DNA from: Thermoleophilia bacterium
Lineage (GTDB): Bacteria > Actinomycetota > Thermoleophilia > Gaiellales > F1-60-MAGs149
Length of the DNA: 64,000 nucleotides
Assembly (NCBI GenBank): GCA_009694475.1
Contig: SHUX01000001.1
Span: 1,098-65,097 of the forward strand
Direction of reading: 5' to 3'
In this document: positions 45,714 through 55,511 of the stretch, piece after piece
Layout: the number at the start of each line of letters is the position of its first letter
How positions within the stretch are numbered: the first letter of the stretch is position 1
The notes under the pieces: model-generated
What the model was told of the DNA's origin: nothing
The model's input: the letters and a program-made list of their open reading frames with translations, nothing else
The model's database searches: none
Program-made: the position numbers and the translations under genes

Positions 45714-46262
45714 GTGATGTCTCGCCGATCACTCATCATCGTCGCCGCACTGGTTGGCCTCGGCGTGGTCGCGTTGGTTGTCGGGCTCCGCGGTGTCAGC
45801 GAGGCGACTCGGACCGACACGGTCCCGACCGAGTCGAGTCTGATCCCGGCTTTCGAGCCCACCGCCGCACCCGCCATCAGTGGCCTGACCTTGGCCGGCA
45901 AGCCGTTTGCGTTGGCGGACTATGCTGGCACGCCGGTCGTCCTCAACTTCTGGGCTTCCTGGTGTGGCCCGTGTCGGCGCGAAATCCCGGCACTCGCAGC
46001 GTTTGCCAAGAGCCATCCAGAACTTCAGGTGGTTGGGGTCAACTATCTGGATGATCCCGCGGAGGCGGCGGCGTTTGAGCGGGATCTCGGGATGACCTGG
46101 CCGAGTGTCGTTGATGACGGACCGATTGGCAGCAGCTACAAGCTGCCAGGGTTGCCCGCGACGTATCTGATCAATGCGGATGGCATGATCGTGGATCGCG
46201 TGCTCGGCGAAGTGACCGAGCCGATGCTCACTGCACACGTGAAGGCGCTGACCGGGTCGTGA
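45714..46262 (+). CDS. resA: TlpA/ResA-like thiol:disulfide oxidoreductase
   Basis: An N-terminal membrane anchor is followed by a thioredoxin fold with WASWCGPC. Confidence 0.85.
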   Translation: MMSRRSLIIVAALVGLGVVALVVGLRGVSEATRTDTVPTESSLIPAFEPTAAPAISGLTLAGKPFALADYAGTPVVLNFWASWCGPCRREIPALAAFAKSHPELQVVGVNYLDDPAEAAAFERDLGMTWPSVVDDGPIGSSYKLPGLPATYLINADGMIVDRVLGEVTEPMLTAHVKALTGS

Positions 46263-46975
46263 TCGGCGCGATCAGCCTGTCTGGTGTCGGGTTCGCGACA
46301 GCGTTTGCCGCGGGCCTAGTCTCGTTTCTGTCCCCGTGCGTATGGCCGCTCGTGCCGGTCTACCTGTCGTACGTCTCTGGCGTGCCGTATGCGGAGCTCG
46401 GTTCGAACCGGCGCCGGGTGGTAATCACGACCTGCGCCTTTATTGGCGGTTTTACGGTCGTGTTTGCCCTCTACGGTCTGAGCGTGGGCTATCTGGGCAC
46501 GCTCGTGGCGGACTATCGCCGCTCGATCGAGATTGTTGGCGGCATCCTCGTGATCCTGATGGGCCTCGCCCTACTTGGGTTCGCCAAGCACCTAATTGGG
46601 CGCCAAGCTCGCCTCGAGCTGAAGGCGCGCCCTGCCTCGCTAGCCGGTGCTGGTGTGGCGGGCGTCGTCTTTGCAGTCGGTTGGACCCCGTGTATCGGCC
46701 CGGTCATGACGTCGATCCTGCTCTATGCGGCGTCGCAGGGTAGTGCGGGCGGGTCGATACTGCTGTTTGCCTACGGCATCGGGCTCGGCGTACCGTTTCT
46801 GCTCAGCGGCCTGTTGGCCTCGTGGCTGCTCGAACGCACCGGCGCGTATCGTAAGTACGGCGTCTGGGTCAACCGCGTGGCCGGCGTCGTGATGATCATC
46901 GTCGGCGTCCTGCTCGCAACCGGTCAACTCACCCAGATCACACAGCAACTAAGCGGCTACGGCGTGATCCTCTAG
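46259..46975 (+). CDS. ccdA: Cytochrome c biogenesis thiol-transfer protein CcdA
   Basis: 238 aa and polytopic, with FLSPCVWPLVP and GWTPCIGP (the two conserved Cys). Confidence 0.9.
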   Translation: MIGAISLSGVGFATAFAAGLVSFLSPCVWPLVPVYLSYVSGVPYAELGSNRRRVVITTCAFIGGFTVVFALYGLSVGYLGTLVADYRRSIEIVGGILVILMGLALLGFAKHLIGRQARLELKARPASLAGAGVAGVVFAVGWTPCIGPVMTSILLYAASQGSAGGSILLFAYGIGLGVPFLLSGLLASWLLERTGAYRKYGVWVNRVAGVVMIIVGVLLATGQLTQITQQLSGYGVIL

Positions 46976-46981
46976 CCGCAA

Positions 46982-47509
46982 TCAACGTTGCGGAGGGATC
47001 TGACCCCCAAGCAAAGCTGATCCAGCGAAGGCCAACACCAGCCGACCGCTGGGAGTCAACTGTTCGGGCCAGACACCGGCGGGGAAGATTTGAAGGCCGA
47101 CCACCTCGGGCAGCATCAGCCTAAACGGCCCGTCAGAGCAGAGTCGAAAGACACCAGCCATCTCCGTCTCGTCCTCGAGTTCGGTCAGGATCGTGCCGAG
47201 ATGCTCTGGCGCTGGTCCGTCGTAGCCGAGCTCCTCGCCGAGTTCGCGCACGGCGGCCTCGGCGTACGTCTCCTCGCCATCGACATGCCCCGAACAGGCG
47301 ACATCCCAGAAGCCCGGCGAGGAGTCCTTACGCGGCGAGCGACGCTGGAACAGCAACCCCTCGGACGTCTCCACGACGATGCTGACCGAGCGGTGGATCA
47401 GCGTCGCGTCGGCATGGCACTCGGCGCGCGTCTGATAGCCCAGCACGCGGTCGTCACGATCGACGACGCAGAAGATTTCGTCCTGCCGCTGCACGGGGGC
47501 CGGTTGCAT
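46982..47509 (-). CDS. NUDIX hydrolase (IDI-like)
   Basis: Nudix box GHVDGEETYAEAAVRELGEELG, with an upstream HRSVSIVV. Confidence 0.75.
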   Translation of the reverse strand: MQPAPVQRQDEIFCVVDRDDRVLGYQTRAECHADATLIHRSVSIVVETSEGLLFQRRSPRKDSSPGFWDVACSGHVDGEETYAEAAVRELGEELGYDGPAPEHLGTILTELEDETEMAGVFRLCSDGPFRLMLPEVVGLQIFPAGVWPEQLTPSGRLVLAFAGSALLGGQIPPQR

Positions 47510-47529
47510 GAGGCATATCGTATGACGCG

Positions 47530-48579
47530 ATGGCCAAGGTCGTATCCGTTGTGGGCAATCGTCCCCAGTACGTCAAAGCCGCCCCGCTCTGCGTGGCGCT
47601 GGCTACGCGTGCCACCGTCGTCGGTGTCGACACGGGCCAGCACTACGACCCCGAGCTCTCGCAGATCTTCTACGACGAACTCGGTATCGCACCAGCCACG
47701 CACCGGCTCGCGGTCGGTTCGGGCTCGCATGCGGAGATGACGGCACGCATCCTTGAGCGCATCGAACCCGTGCTGATCGCAGAGGCGCCGGACTGGTGTG
47801 TTGTCTACGGCGATACCAACTCGACGCTCGCGGCCACGCTGGCGGCTGCCAAGCTCGGCATTCCGATCGCGCATGTCGAAGCAGGCCTGCGGTCGTTTGA
47901 TCGCTCGATGCCAGAAGAGGTCAACCGCGTCGTCACAGACAGCCTCAGCAGCGCGCTCTTCTGCCCCTCACAGACGAGCGCCGACAATCTTGCGGCTGAG
48001 GGCATCGTCCGTGGTGTCACGATCGTCGGCGACGTGATGGCCGATGCCGCGCGTCTGTTTGCGCCGATCGCCGAGCGCTCCACGGCCGTCGCCGACCTCG
48101 GCCTGACACCTGGTGCGTACGTGCTCGCCACGATCCACCGCGACGCTAACACGCGCCAGCCTGCGCTCGGCCGCCTGGTGGAGGCACTGTCGGCGCTCGA
48201 TTGCGACGTCCTGCTGCCGTTGCATCCGCGCACTGCCGCCGCACTCGAACGCGAGGGCCTCGCCTTTGCGGGTCGGGTGCGCACGATTCCACCCGTCGGC
48301 TACCTCGAGTTCACCGCGCTCCTGCGCGGCGCGCGTCTGCTGTTGACTGATTCGGGTGGTGCACAAAAAGAGGCGTACTTCCACGCGATTCCCTGCGTGA
48401 CGCTGCGTGATCGCACGGAGTGGGTCGAGACCGTCAGCGCCGGAGCGAATCTGCTGGTCGGTGACGATGCGGCGGCGATTGCCACAGCCGTCGCCGACCC
48501 TCCCCTGTCGGCCGCCTGGCCTGCACTGTACGGCGATGGGCATGCTGCAGAGCGCATCGTCAGCGCGCTCTTCGACTAG
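47530..48579 (+). CDS. wecB: UDP-N-acetylglucosamine 2-epimerase (non-hydrolysing, WecB/WbpI-like)
   Basis: 349 aa with VGNRPQYVK, VYGDTNSTLA, HVEAGLRS and PEEVNR. Confidence 0.9.
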   Translation: MAKVVSVVGNRPQYVKAAPLCVALATRATVVGVDTGQHYDPELSQIFYDELGIAPATHRLAVGSGSHAEMTARILERIEPVLIAEAPDWCVVYGDTNSTLAATLAAAKLGIPIAHVEAGLRSFDRSMPEEVNRVVTDSLSSALFCPSQTSADNLAAEGIVRGVTIVGDVMADAARLFAPIAERSTAVADLGLTPGAYVLATIHRDANTRQPALGRLVEALSALDCDVLLPLHPRTAAALEREGLAFAGRVRTIPPVGYLEFTALLRGARLLLTDSGGAQKEAYFHAIPCVTLRDRTEWVETVSAGANLLVGDDAAAIATAVADPPLSAAWPALYGDGHAAERIVSALFD

Positions 48580-48634
48580 CGCTCTACAGCGCTGCCGCAG
48601 CAGCCCGGGCTGCGCCAGCGGTACCATCTTGCTC

Positions 48635-49903
48635 GTGCAGCGCGATGTCGCAGTTGTCGGAGCCGGCTACGTCGGTCTTCCGCTCGCAGTTCGTCTCGCA
48701 GAAGCGGGGCGCACCGTGGTGTGCCTCGACCCAGACGCCAGCAAGATGGATCGCCTCAATGCGGGCGATTCGTACATCGAGGACGTCGACTCTGATGACC
48801 TCGCCCGCCTCGTCACGGCAGGCACGCTGGCCGGCACCACGGATGAGACAGAGTTGCGCGATGCCGACGCGATTCTGATCTGCGTGCCGACACCACTGGC
48901 CGAGCACCGCGAGCCCGACCTTGGCGCCGTCCGCGCGGCAACCGCCGCTGTCGCACGCAACCTCCGCAAGGGCCACACCGTCGTGCTCGAGTCGACCACG
49001 TACCCAGGCACGACGCGCGAAGTGCTCCAGCCGATGCTCGAAGAGGGTGGTCTGCGCGCCGGCACCGACTTCTTCTTGGCGATGTCACCCGAGCGCATCG
49101 ACCCAGGCCGCACGGACTTCACCGTGCGCACTACGCCAAAGGTGATGGGTGGCATCACCCCCGCCTGTGCCGAGCATGCCGCCGAGGTCTACGAGGGTGC
49201 TATCGACACGATCGTGCGCGTTTCGTCGCCCGAGGCCGCCGAACTTGCCAAGCTGCTCGAGAACATCTTTCGCACCGTCAACATCGCGCTCGTCAACGAG
49301 CTCGCGATGCTCTGCGACAAGATGGGCCTTGATGTCTGGGAGGTCGTCGATGCGGCCGCTACGAAGCCGTTTGGCTTCATGCGCTTCGAGCCCGGTCCCG
49401 GTCTCGGCGGTCATTGCCTGCCGATCGACCCGTTCTACCTGACGTGGAAGGCCCGCGAGCACGAGTTTTCGACCGAATTTATCGAGCTGGCTGGCAAGGT
49501 CAACGGCAACATGCCGAGCTACTGCGTCGACCGCATCGCACGCGTCCTCAACGATGCCTCGAAGAGTGTGCGTGGCGCCAACGTGTTGGTGCTCGGCGTC
49601 GCCTACAAGAACGATGTCGGCGACATGCGCGAATCGCCAGCGCTGCCGATTATCTCGTTGCTGCGCGAGCGCGGCGCAGTGCTCAGCTACCACGATCCGC
49701 ACGTCGCCTCGATGCCCGAGCTCGGCCTCGACTCGGTCGCACTCGATGTCGCGACCGTCAACGCAGCAGACGCCGTCGTGATTATCACCGGCCACAACTC
49801 TGTCGACTACGAGATGGTCGTCACGGAAGCCAGTAGCGTCCTCGACCTGCGCAACGCAACCGGGCGACGCGGGTTGGAGGGTGACAATCTCCGCCGCCTC
49901 TGA
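48635..49903 (+). CDS. UDP-N-acetyl-D-hexosamine 6-dehydrogenase (WecC/WbpA-like)
   Basis: The Rossmann motif VAVVGAGYVGLP follows directly after the GTG at 48635, and the catalytic region GGHCLPIDP is present. The upstream part of the ORF overlaps the wecB frame. Confidence 0.85.
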   Translation: MQRDVAVVGAGYVGLPLAVRLAEAGRTVVCLDPDASKMDRLNAGDSYIEDVDSDDLARLVTAGTLAGTTDETELRDADAILICVPTPLAEHREPDLGAVRAATAAVARNLRKGHTVVLESTTYPGTTREVLQPMLEEGGLRAGTDFFLAMSPERIDPGRTDFTVRTTPKVMGGITPACAEHAAEVYEGAIDTIVRVSSPEAAELAKLLENIFRTVNIALVNELAMLCDKMGLDVWEVVDAAATKPFGFMRFEPGPGLGGHCLPIDPFYLTWKAREHEFSTEFIELAGKVNGNMPSYCVDRIARVLNDASKSVRGANVLVLGVAYKNDVGDMRESPALPIISLLRERGAVLSYHDPHVASMPELGLDSVALDVATVNAADAVVIITGHNSVDYEMVVTEASSVLDLRNATGRRGLEGDNLRRL

Positions 49904-50918
49904 CACGCCCGTCCGCATCGGCATTATCGGCCTCGGCTACTGGGGCCCCAACATGGCCCGCGCCCTCGCCAGCACGCCTGGCTGCCAACTCGCCTACGCC
50001 TGCGATCTCGACGAGAGCAATCGCGCCCGCCTCGATGGCCGCTATCCCGGCACGGTCATCACCGAGCGCTTCGAGAACCTCTTGGAGGACGACTCGCTCG
50101 ATGCGATCGTCGTCGCGACTGGCGCGCCGAGCCATCACGCGATCGGCATGCGTGTGCTCGAGGCGGGCAAGCATGCCCTGATCGAGAAGCCGATCGCCCT
50201 GACCGTCGCCGATGCCCGCGAACTCGTTGCCACCGCCGCTGCCAAGGAGCGCGTGCTGATGGTTGGTCACCTCTTGCGCTTTCATCCCGTCTTCGAGCAT
50301 CTCCACGAGCTCGCCCAGGGCGGCTCGCTTGGTCGCATGTTGTACCTGTATACAAATCGCCTCAACTTCGGCAAGGTGCGCGCTGACGAGAACGCCCTCT
50401 GGAGCCTCGCGCCCCACGACATCTCGCTCGCATTGGCGCTGGCCGGAGAGCGGCCAGAGGAGGTCTCGGCGCGTGGCGAGGCGTTTCTCCGCGCTGGTGT
50501 CGAGGACGTCGTCTTTGGCTACCTGCACTTCCCCAGCGGTCTCGTCGCCCACCTCCACGTCTCTTGGCTCGATCCCCACAAGAGCCGCAAGTTGACGGTC
50601 GTTGGCTCTGAGGGCATGGCTGTCTTCGACGATACCGAGGCCGAGCGCAAGCTGACGGTCTACGAGAAGGCCTCGTCGCCATCGCGCTTCGACACGTGGG
50701 GCGAGTTCCAAGCGCTACGTACGGGCGATGTGCAGATCCCGCAGGTCTCGAATGCCGAGCCGTTGCTCCAAGAGACGAAGGCGTTTGTCGACGCGATTCG
50801 TAACGGTGCTGCAACCGTCGCCTCGGGCGATGAGGGTCTCGCCGTCGTCGAGGTATTGACAGCACTGCAGACGTCCCTCGAACAGCACGGCGCACCCGTG
50901 CGGCTGGATAGCCAATGA
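49881..50918 (+). CDS. Gfo/Idh/MocA-family oxidoreductase (WbpB-like)
   Basis: 345 aa with RIGIIGLGYWGPN and EKP. Confidence 0.85.
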   Translation: MTISAASDTPVRIGIIGLGYWGPNMARALASTPGCQLAYACDLDESNRARLDGRYPGTVITERFENLLEDDSLDAIVVATGAPSHHAIGMRVLEAGKHALIEKPIALTVADARELVATAAAKERVLMVGHLLRFHPVFEHLHELAQGGSLGRMLYLYTNRLNFGKVRADENALWSLAPHDISLALALAGERPEEVSARGEAFLRAGVEDVVFGYLHFPSGLVAHLHVSWLDPHKSRKLTVVGSEGMAVFDDTEAERKLTVYEKASSPSRFDTWGEFQALRTGDVQIPQVSNAEPLLQETKAFVDAIRNGAATVASGDEGLAVVEVLTALQTSLEQHGAPVRLDSQ

Positions 50919-51619
50919 GCGACGTCCATCCCAGCGCGATCGTCGAGGCCGACGTCACCCTCGGCGAGGGTGTCGAGATCGGCCCTGGTGCAGTCATTCG
51001 TAGCGGCACCGTGCTCGGTGACGGCGTCACGATCGGCGAGTACGCCGTGCTCGGCAAGCGGCCCAAGCTCGGTCCCAAGTCCGTTGCGAAGGGTGGCGAG
51101 TTGCCCGGCCTCGTGGTCGGTAATGGCTCGACAATCTCGACGCACGCCATCGTCTATGCCGGCACGACACTCGGCGAGCGCGTCATCATCGGCGACCACG
51201 CCTTCGTCCGCGAGCGCTGCTCGATCGGCGCGCAGACGGTAATTGGCCGCGGTGTAACGGTCGAAAACGACACCACAATCGGTGAGGGCTGCCGTATCCA
51301 GTCGCAGTCCTACATCACCGCCAAGAGCCTGCTCGAAGACGATGTCTTTATCGCGCCCTGCGTCGTGACGACGAACGACAACTTTATGGGTCGTACCGAG
51401 GAGCGCCACGCGCTACTGAAGGGTCCGACGATTCGACGCGGCGCGCGCATCGGTGGCGCTGTCTGCATCCTGCCTGGCATCGAGATCGGCGAGGAGGCCT
51501 TCGTCGGTGCTGGCGCGGTCGTCACCCAGGACGTGCCTGCTGGCAAGGTCGTCGTCGGTGTCCCCTCACGCGTGCTGCGCGATGTGGCCGACGAGCAGCT
51601 GCGCCGCAACGGTGGCTGA
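50915..51619 (+). CDS. Hexapeptide-repeat (left-handed beta-helix) acetyltransferase (WbpD-like)
   Basis: 234 aa. [LIV]-G-x4 hexapeptide repeats run through the protein, and the start is ATGA-coupled to the oxidoreductase. Confidence 0.85.
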   Translation: MSDVHPSAIVEADVTLGEGVEIGPGAVIRSGTVLGDGVTIGEYAVLGKRPKLGPKSVAKGGELPGLVVGNGSTISTHAIVYAGTTLGERVIIGDHAFVRERCSIGAQTVIGRGVTVENDTTIGEGCRIQSQSYITAKSLLEDDVFIAPCVVTTNDNFMGRTEERHALLKGPTIRRGARIGGAVCILPGIEIGEEAFVGAGAVVTQDVPAGKVVVGVPSRVLRDVADEQLRRNGG

Positions 51620-51634
51620 GGACCAAACGCGGCA

Positions 51635-52240
51635 ATGGGTGTTGCTCTCGCCGGGTTTCTGACCGGCCTCTCGCTGATCGTCGCGATCGGAGCACAGAAT
51701 GCCTACGTGTTGCGGCTCGGTCTGGCACGCAACCACGTTGGGATCGCTGTCGTGATCTGCGCCGGCGCCGATGCGCTCCTGATCGCGCTCGGGGTCGGTG
51801 GTCTCGGCGCAATCGTGCAGACCCACGGCGACGTGCTGACCGCGATCGCACTGATTGGCGGCGCCTACCTGCTCTGGTTCGCCTTCCGCTCGTTTCGCAG
51901 CGCGCTCCATCCCGATGTCCTCTTGCCATCGCAGCAGGAGCCACAGGCCGTCGCAGCCGTCGCTTTAGCCGTGCTCGGGTTGACGTTTCTCAACCCCCAC
52001 GTCTATCTCGACACAATCCTGCTGGTCGGCACGATCGGCGCGTCGTTTGGCTCCGACCGCTGGTGGTTCGCACTCGGTGCTGCTGTTGCCAGTCTCGTCT
52101 GGTTTAGTGCCCTCGGTTTCGGCGCACGACTGCTGTCGCCCCTGATGGCTCGGCCGTTCACATGGCGCGTGCTCGACGCGGCGATCGGCGTAGTCATGTT
52201 GACGATCGCGATCGTGCTCGTGCGCTCGGCCGTGCTCTAA
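51635..52240 (+). CDS. LysE/ArgO-family amino-acid exporter
   Basis: 201 aa with six TM helices and an N-terminus GFLTGLSLIVAIGAQNAYVLRLG. Confidence 0.85.
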   Translation: MGVALAGFLTGLSLIVAIGAQNAYVLRLGLARNHVGIAVVICAGADALLIALGVGGLGAIVQTHGDVLTAIALIGGAYLLWFAFRSFRSALHPDVLLPSQQEPQAVAAVALAVLGLTFLNPHVYLDTILLVGTIGASFGSDRWWFALGAAVASLVWFSALGFGARLLSPLMARPFTWRVLDAAIGVVMLTIAIVLVRSAVL

Positions 52241-52253
52241 CTAGTCCGCTACG

Positions 52254-53528
52254 GTGAGGGCCATGTTCGAACTCGAAACTCTTCCCAACGGCGCCCGCAT
52301 CCTCAGCGCCCCGATGCGCGACGCCGCTAGCGTCGCCGTCGTCATCTCCGTCGCCTCCGGCTCGCGCTGCGACCAGCCCGCGGCGGCCGGCATCGCCCAC
52401 TTCTCCGAGCACATGCTGTTCAAGGGCACAGAACACCGCCCAACAGCACGCGACATCTCGGCCGAGATCGACGGTATCGGTGGCGAGTTCAACGCCATTA
52501 CCGGCAAGGAGATGACCGCGTACTACGTCAAGTGCGCCGCCGCCGACGCGCCGACCGCACTCGACGTCCTCTCCGACATGTTCCTCCACTCGAAGTTCGA
52601 TGCCGAAGAGCTCGAGCGCGAGAAGGATGTGATCGTCGAAGAGATCAACATGTACACCGATACGCCGCGCGACATCGTCGACCAGGTCTACGACACGGCG
52701 CGCTACGGCGATTCGCCGATCGGCCGCCCGATCATCGGCACCAAGGAGACGGTGCGGGCCGCGACGCGCGAGACATTTATCGACTACCTGAGCACGTGGT
52801 ACAAGCCCGAACGCATCGCAATCGGGCTCGGTGGCGGCGTCTCCGAGAGCCTGCTGGCCAACGTGCGCGAGCGCTTTGGTGGCCTCCCCGCCGAGAGCAC
52901 GCCGGCGCTGCCCGAGACGATCGTGCCCACGATTGCCGAACCGATCGTGTCGGTCGAGCACCGCGAAGGCGACCAGGCTCACATCGTCCTGGGTGTCGAT
53001 GGCCTTCGCACGGCGGACGAAGATCGCTACGCGATGGCTGTCTGGCAGGCCATCATTGGTATGGGCACGTCGTCGCGCCTCTTTACCGAGGTCCGCGAGC
53101 GGCGTGGCCTTGCGTACTACGTGTTCGGTCGTAACGCGAGCTACAGCGACACAGGCTCATTCGTAGTGCAGGCTGGCGTGGACATCAACCGTGCCGCGCT
53201 CGCCGTCGAGGTGATCGCCGACGAGTTGCGTCGCATGGTTGCCGAGCCAATCCCTGCCGACGAGATCGCCAAGGCCAAGCGCTACCTGATCGGCCACACC
53301 GTCCTCAACCAGGAGGACCCGCTCGGTCGCATCTTCTTTGGGCTGCGCCGAGAGCTGCTTGATGACGGGTGGGTCGATCTCGATACCGTCATCCGCGGCA
53401 TCGAGGCCGTCACGATCGAGGACCTGCTGCGTGTCGGCGAGCGCGTCGTACGTCTCGACCATGCAGTGCTGGCCGCCGTTGGCCCGCTCGACGATGTCGA
53501 CGGGTTGCGGGCAGCACTCGGAGCCTAG
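52254..53528 (+). CDS. M16-family (pitrilysin) zinc peptidase
   Basis: Inverted zinc motif HFSEH in GIAHFSEHMLFKGT, with a downstream E at REKDVIVEE. Confidence 0.85.
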   Translation: MRAMFELETLPNGARILSAPMRDAASVAVVISVASGSRCDQPAAAGIAHFSEHMLFKGTEHRPTARDISAEIDGIGGEFNAITGKEMTAYYVKCAAADAPTALDVLSDMFLHSKFDAEELEREKDVIVEEINMYTDTPRDIVDQVYDTARYGDSPIGRPIIGTKETVRAATRETFIDYLSTWYKPERIAIGLGGGVSESLLANVRERFGGLPAESTPALPETIVPTIAEPIVSVEHREGDQAHIVLGVDGLRTADEDRYAMAVWQAIIGMGTSSRLFTEVRERRGLAYYVFGRNASYSDTGSFVVQAGVDINRAALAVEVIADELRRMVAEPIPADEIAKAKRYLIGHTVLNQEDPLGRIFFGLRRELLDDGWVDLDTVIRGIEAVTIEDLLRVGERVVRLDHAVLAAVGPLDDVDGLRAALGA

Positions 53529-53580
53529 CTTCAGAACCGCGTATCAGAGCCTAGATTTGGACGCCGGGTAGACTGCCGCT

Positions 53581-54744
53581 GTGGAACTTGCAGACGATGT
53601 TGCGCGGATGTTCGCGCGGATGGATGCGCTGATCGAAGAGCTGGCGGGTTCGACGCCGCGGATCGACGCCCACACGCACCTCGGCCTCGACGAGGACGGC
53701 ATGGCGCAGACACTCGACGAGCTGGTCGGAAACCTCGATGTGCACGGGGTCGAGCGCGCCGTCACCTTCCCGTTGCACGACCCGGACCGCGGCGAAAACT
53801 ACACCGTGCCCAACGATCGCGTGCTCGAGTGGGCCGCACAGAGCAATGGTCGGGTGATCCCTTTCTGTCGTCTCAACCTGACGGGCGATCCACTGGCGGA
53901 GGCGCGCCGCGCGATCTCGCTCGGAGCCCGCGGCATCAAGTTGCACCCACGTGCACAGGCCTTCAGCGTGGACGACAAGCGCCTCGACCCGGTCTTCGCA
54001 ATTGCCGCCGAACACAAGCTGCCGATCCTGATCCACGCCGGACGCGGCATGCCGCCGATTGGCGATCAGTTGGCGACCGCGGCCGAGCGTCATCCCGATG
54101 CGATCCTGATTCTCGCGCACGCCGCGATCGTCGATCAAGACCGCATCGCCAGCCTGGTTGCTGGGCGTCCGAACGTCGTCTTCGATGCCTCAGCCTGGAG
54201 CCCAGTCGATCTGCACGGTCTACTGACGCGCGTGCCGCCCGAGCAACTGGTGTGGGCGTCCGACCTGCCTTACGGCACGATTCGCGAGAGCCTGTTGGCG
54301 ACGCTCGCCGTGCTGCTCGAGGTCGATGCCAGCCGCGAGGTGACGGCGGCGATTGTTGGCGGCACGATGGACCGGCTCCTGCGTGGCGAGCACGCGCAAC
54401 TCTCGGCAGCCCCAATCGCCCCGCGCGAACGCGTCGTCAACTTGGCGCGTCAGCGTGTCGGTGGCTACCTCGTCGCCCTCTTGCCATCGATCTGGCAGCG
54501 CCACCCAGACTATGTCGGCTACTTCGGTCTCGCCGCTGCGGTCTGCCGCGACGATGAGGGCGAACTCGGCTCGGTCGCCGAACTCATCGTGTTGGCCGAG
54601 GCCACCTGGACGGCTGCACTGGAGCGCGCCGACACAGGACGCCCTACGCTCGACGATGTCCGAGAGACGTTCGAGCTTCTGCTCGCCGCTTGGGTCTTCG
54701 CCTATTCGCCCGTTACGCAGCGCCGCTGGGAGGCCCTCGCATGA
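53581..54744 (+). CDS. Amidohydrolase-family metal-dependent hydrolase with a C-terminal extension
   Basis: Shows the TIM-barrel amidohydrolase pattern RIDAHTHLG, KLHP, LIHAG, HAA and SDLPY. The last roughly 120 aa match nothing I recognise. Confidence 0.7.
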   Translation: MELADDVARMFARMDALIEELAGSTPRIDAHTHLGLDEDGMAQTLDELVGNLDVHGVERAVTFPLHDPDRGENYTVPNDRVLEWAAQSNGRVIPFCRLNLTGDPLAEARRAISLGARGIKLHPRAQAFSVDDKRLDPVFAIAAEHKLPILIHAGRGMPPIGDQLATAAERHPDAILILAHAAIVDQDRIASLVAGRPNVVFDASAWSPVDLHGLLTRVPPEQLVWASDLPYGTIRESLLATLAVLLEVDASREVTAAIVGGTMDRLLRGEHAQLSAAPIAPRERVVNLARQRVGGYLVALLPSIWQRHPDYVGYFGLAAAVCRDDEGELGSVAELIVLAEATWTAALERADTGRPTLDDVRETFELLLAAWVFAYSPVTQRRWEALA

Positions 54745-55511
54745 TCGCCACTGTTGTACTCGCCGCCGGACGCTCCGAACGCTTTGGCTCGCCGAAGCTG
54801 CTCGCCGAATGGTGGGGTCGCCCACTCGTCGAACGCGCACTCGAGATCGCCCCACCTGGGCTCAAGATCGCCGTCATCAGCACGCCAACGGCAAAACTGT
54901 TGCCGCTCTTCCAGGCCCACGGCTTCCAGTGCATTCGCAATCCAAAGCCGGCTCAGGGCCAGTCGTCGTCGCTGCGACTCGCGCTCGATGTGATGCCCGC
55001 CGAGGTCGAAGCAGTGCTCGTGCTGCTCGGCGACGCGCCGGCTGTGCCGACGACCGTCGTCGATCGCGTGCTGACGGCCTATCGGCGCCTCAACTGCGCC
55101 GTCACGGCGTCGTATGAGGACCGCACCGCTCCCCCCGTCGTGATTCCCCGCTCCGACTGGGATCGCATCGCTGCGACGGGTGATCGCCCAGGCGAGGCAC
55201 TCAATCCCGAGCCGATCGACATGAGCGACCTGCTCAGTGGTGGCGAGGACGTCGACACCCCCGAGGACCTCTTCCGCCTGGCCGCCTTGCGGGCCGGTGT
55301 CGAGTTGATCGAGCCGATGAGCACCTCGGAACTCGACTCGCGCCTCGACGACCCCGAACCCTTCGCCGTCCGTCTGCGGCGCCGCGCCTCCGCCAAGGCT
55401 GAGCGCCCCTCGGTGACGCCCCTCGCCCTCGAGAAACTCGCAATCGAGCATTTCCGTGGCACCGAGGTGATCGCCCGCGTGGGCGACGAGTACGTCGGCC
55501 TGCTCGGGTAG
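54741..55511 (+). CDS. MobA/MocA-like nucleotidyltransferase
   Basis: The ATG at 54741 (ATGA coupling) gives MIATVVLAAGRSERFGSPKLL...LLGDAP, with an extra C-terminal tail of about 55 aa. Confidence 0.75.
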   Translation: MIATVVLAAGRSERFGSPKLLAEWWGRPLVERALEIAPPGLKIAVISTPTAKLLPLFQAHGFQCIRNPKPAQGQSSSLRLALDVMPAEVEAVLVLLGDAPAVPTTVVDRVLTAYRRLNCAVTASYEDRTAPPVVIPRSDWDRIAATGDRPGEALNPEPIDMSDLLSGGEDVDTPEDLFRLAALRAGVELIEPMSTSELDSRLDDPEPFAVRLRRRASAKAERPSVTPLALEKLAIEHFRGTEVIARVGDEYVGLLG

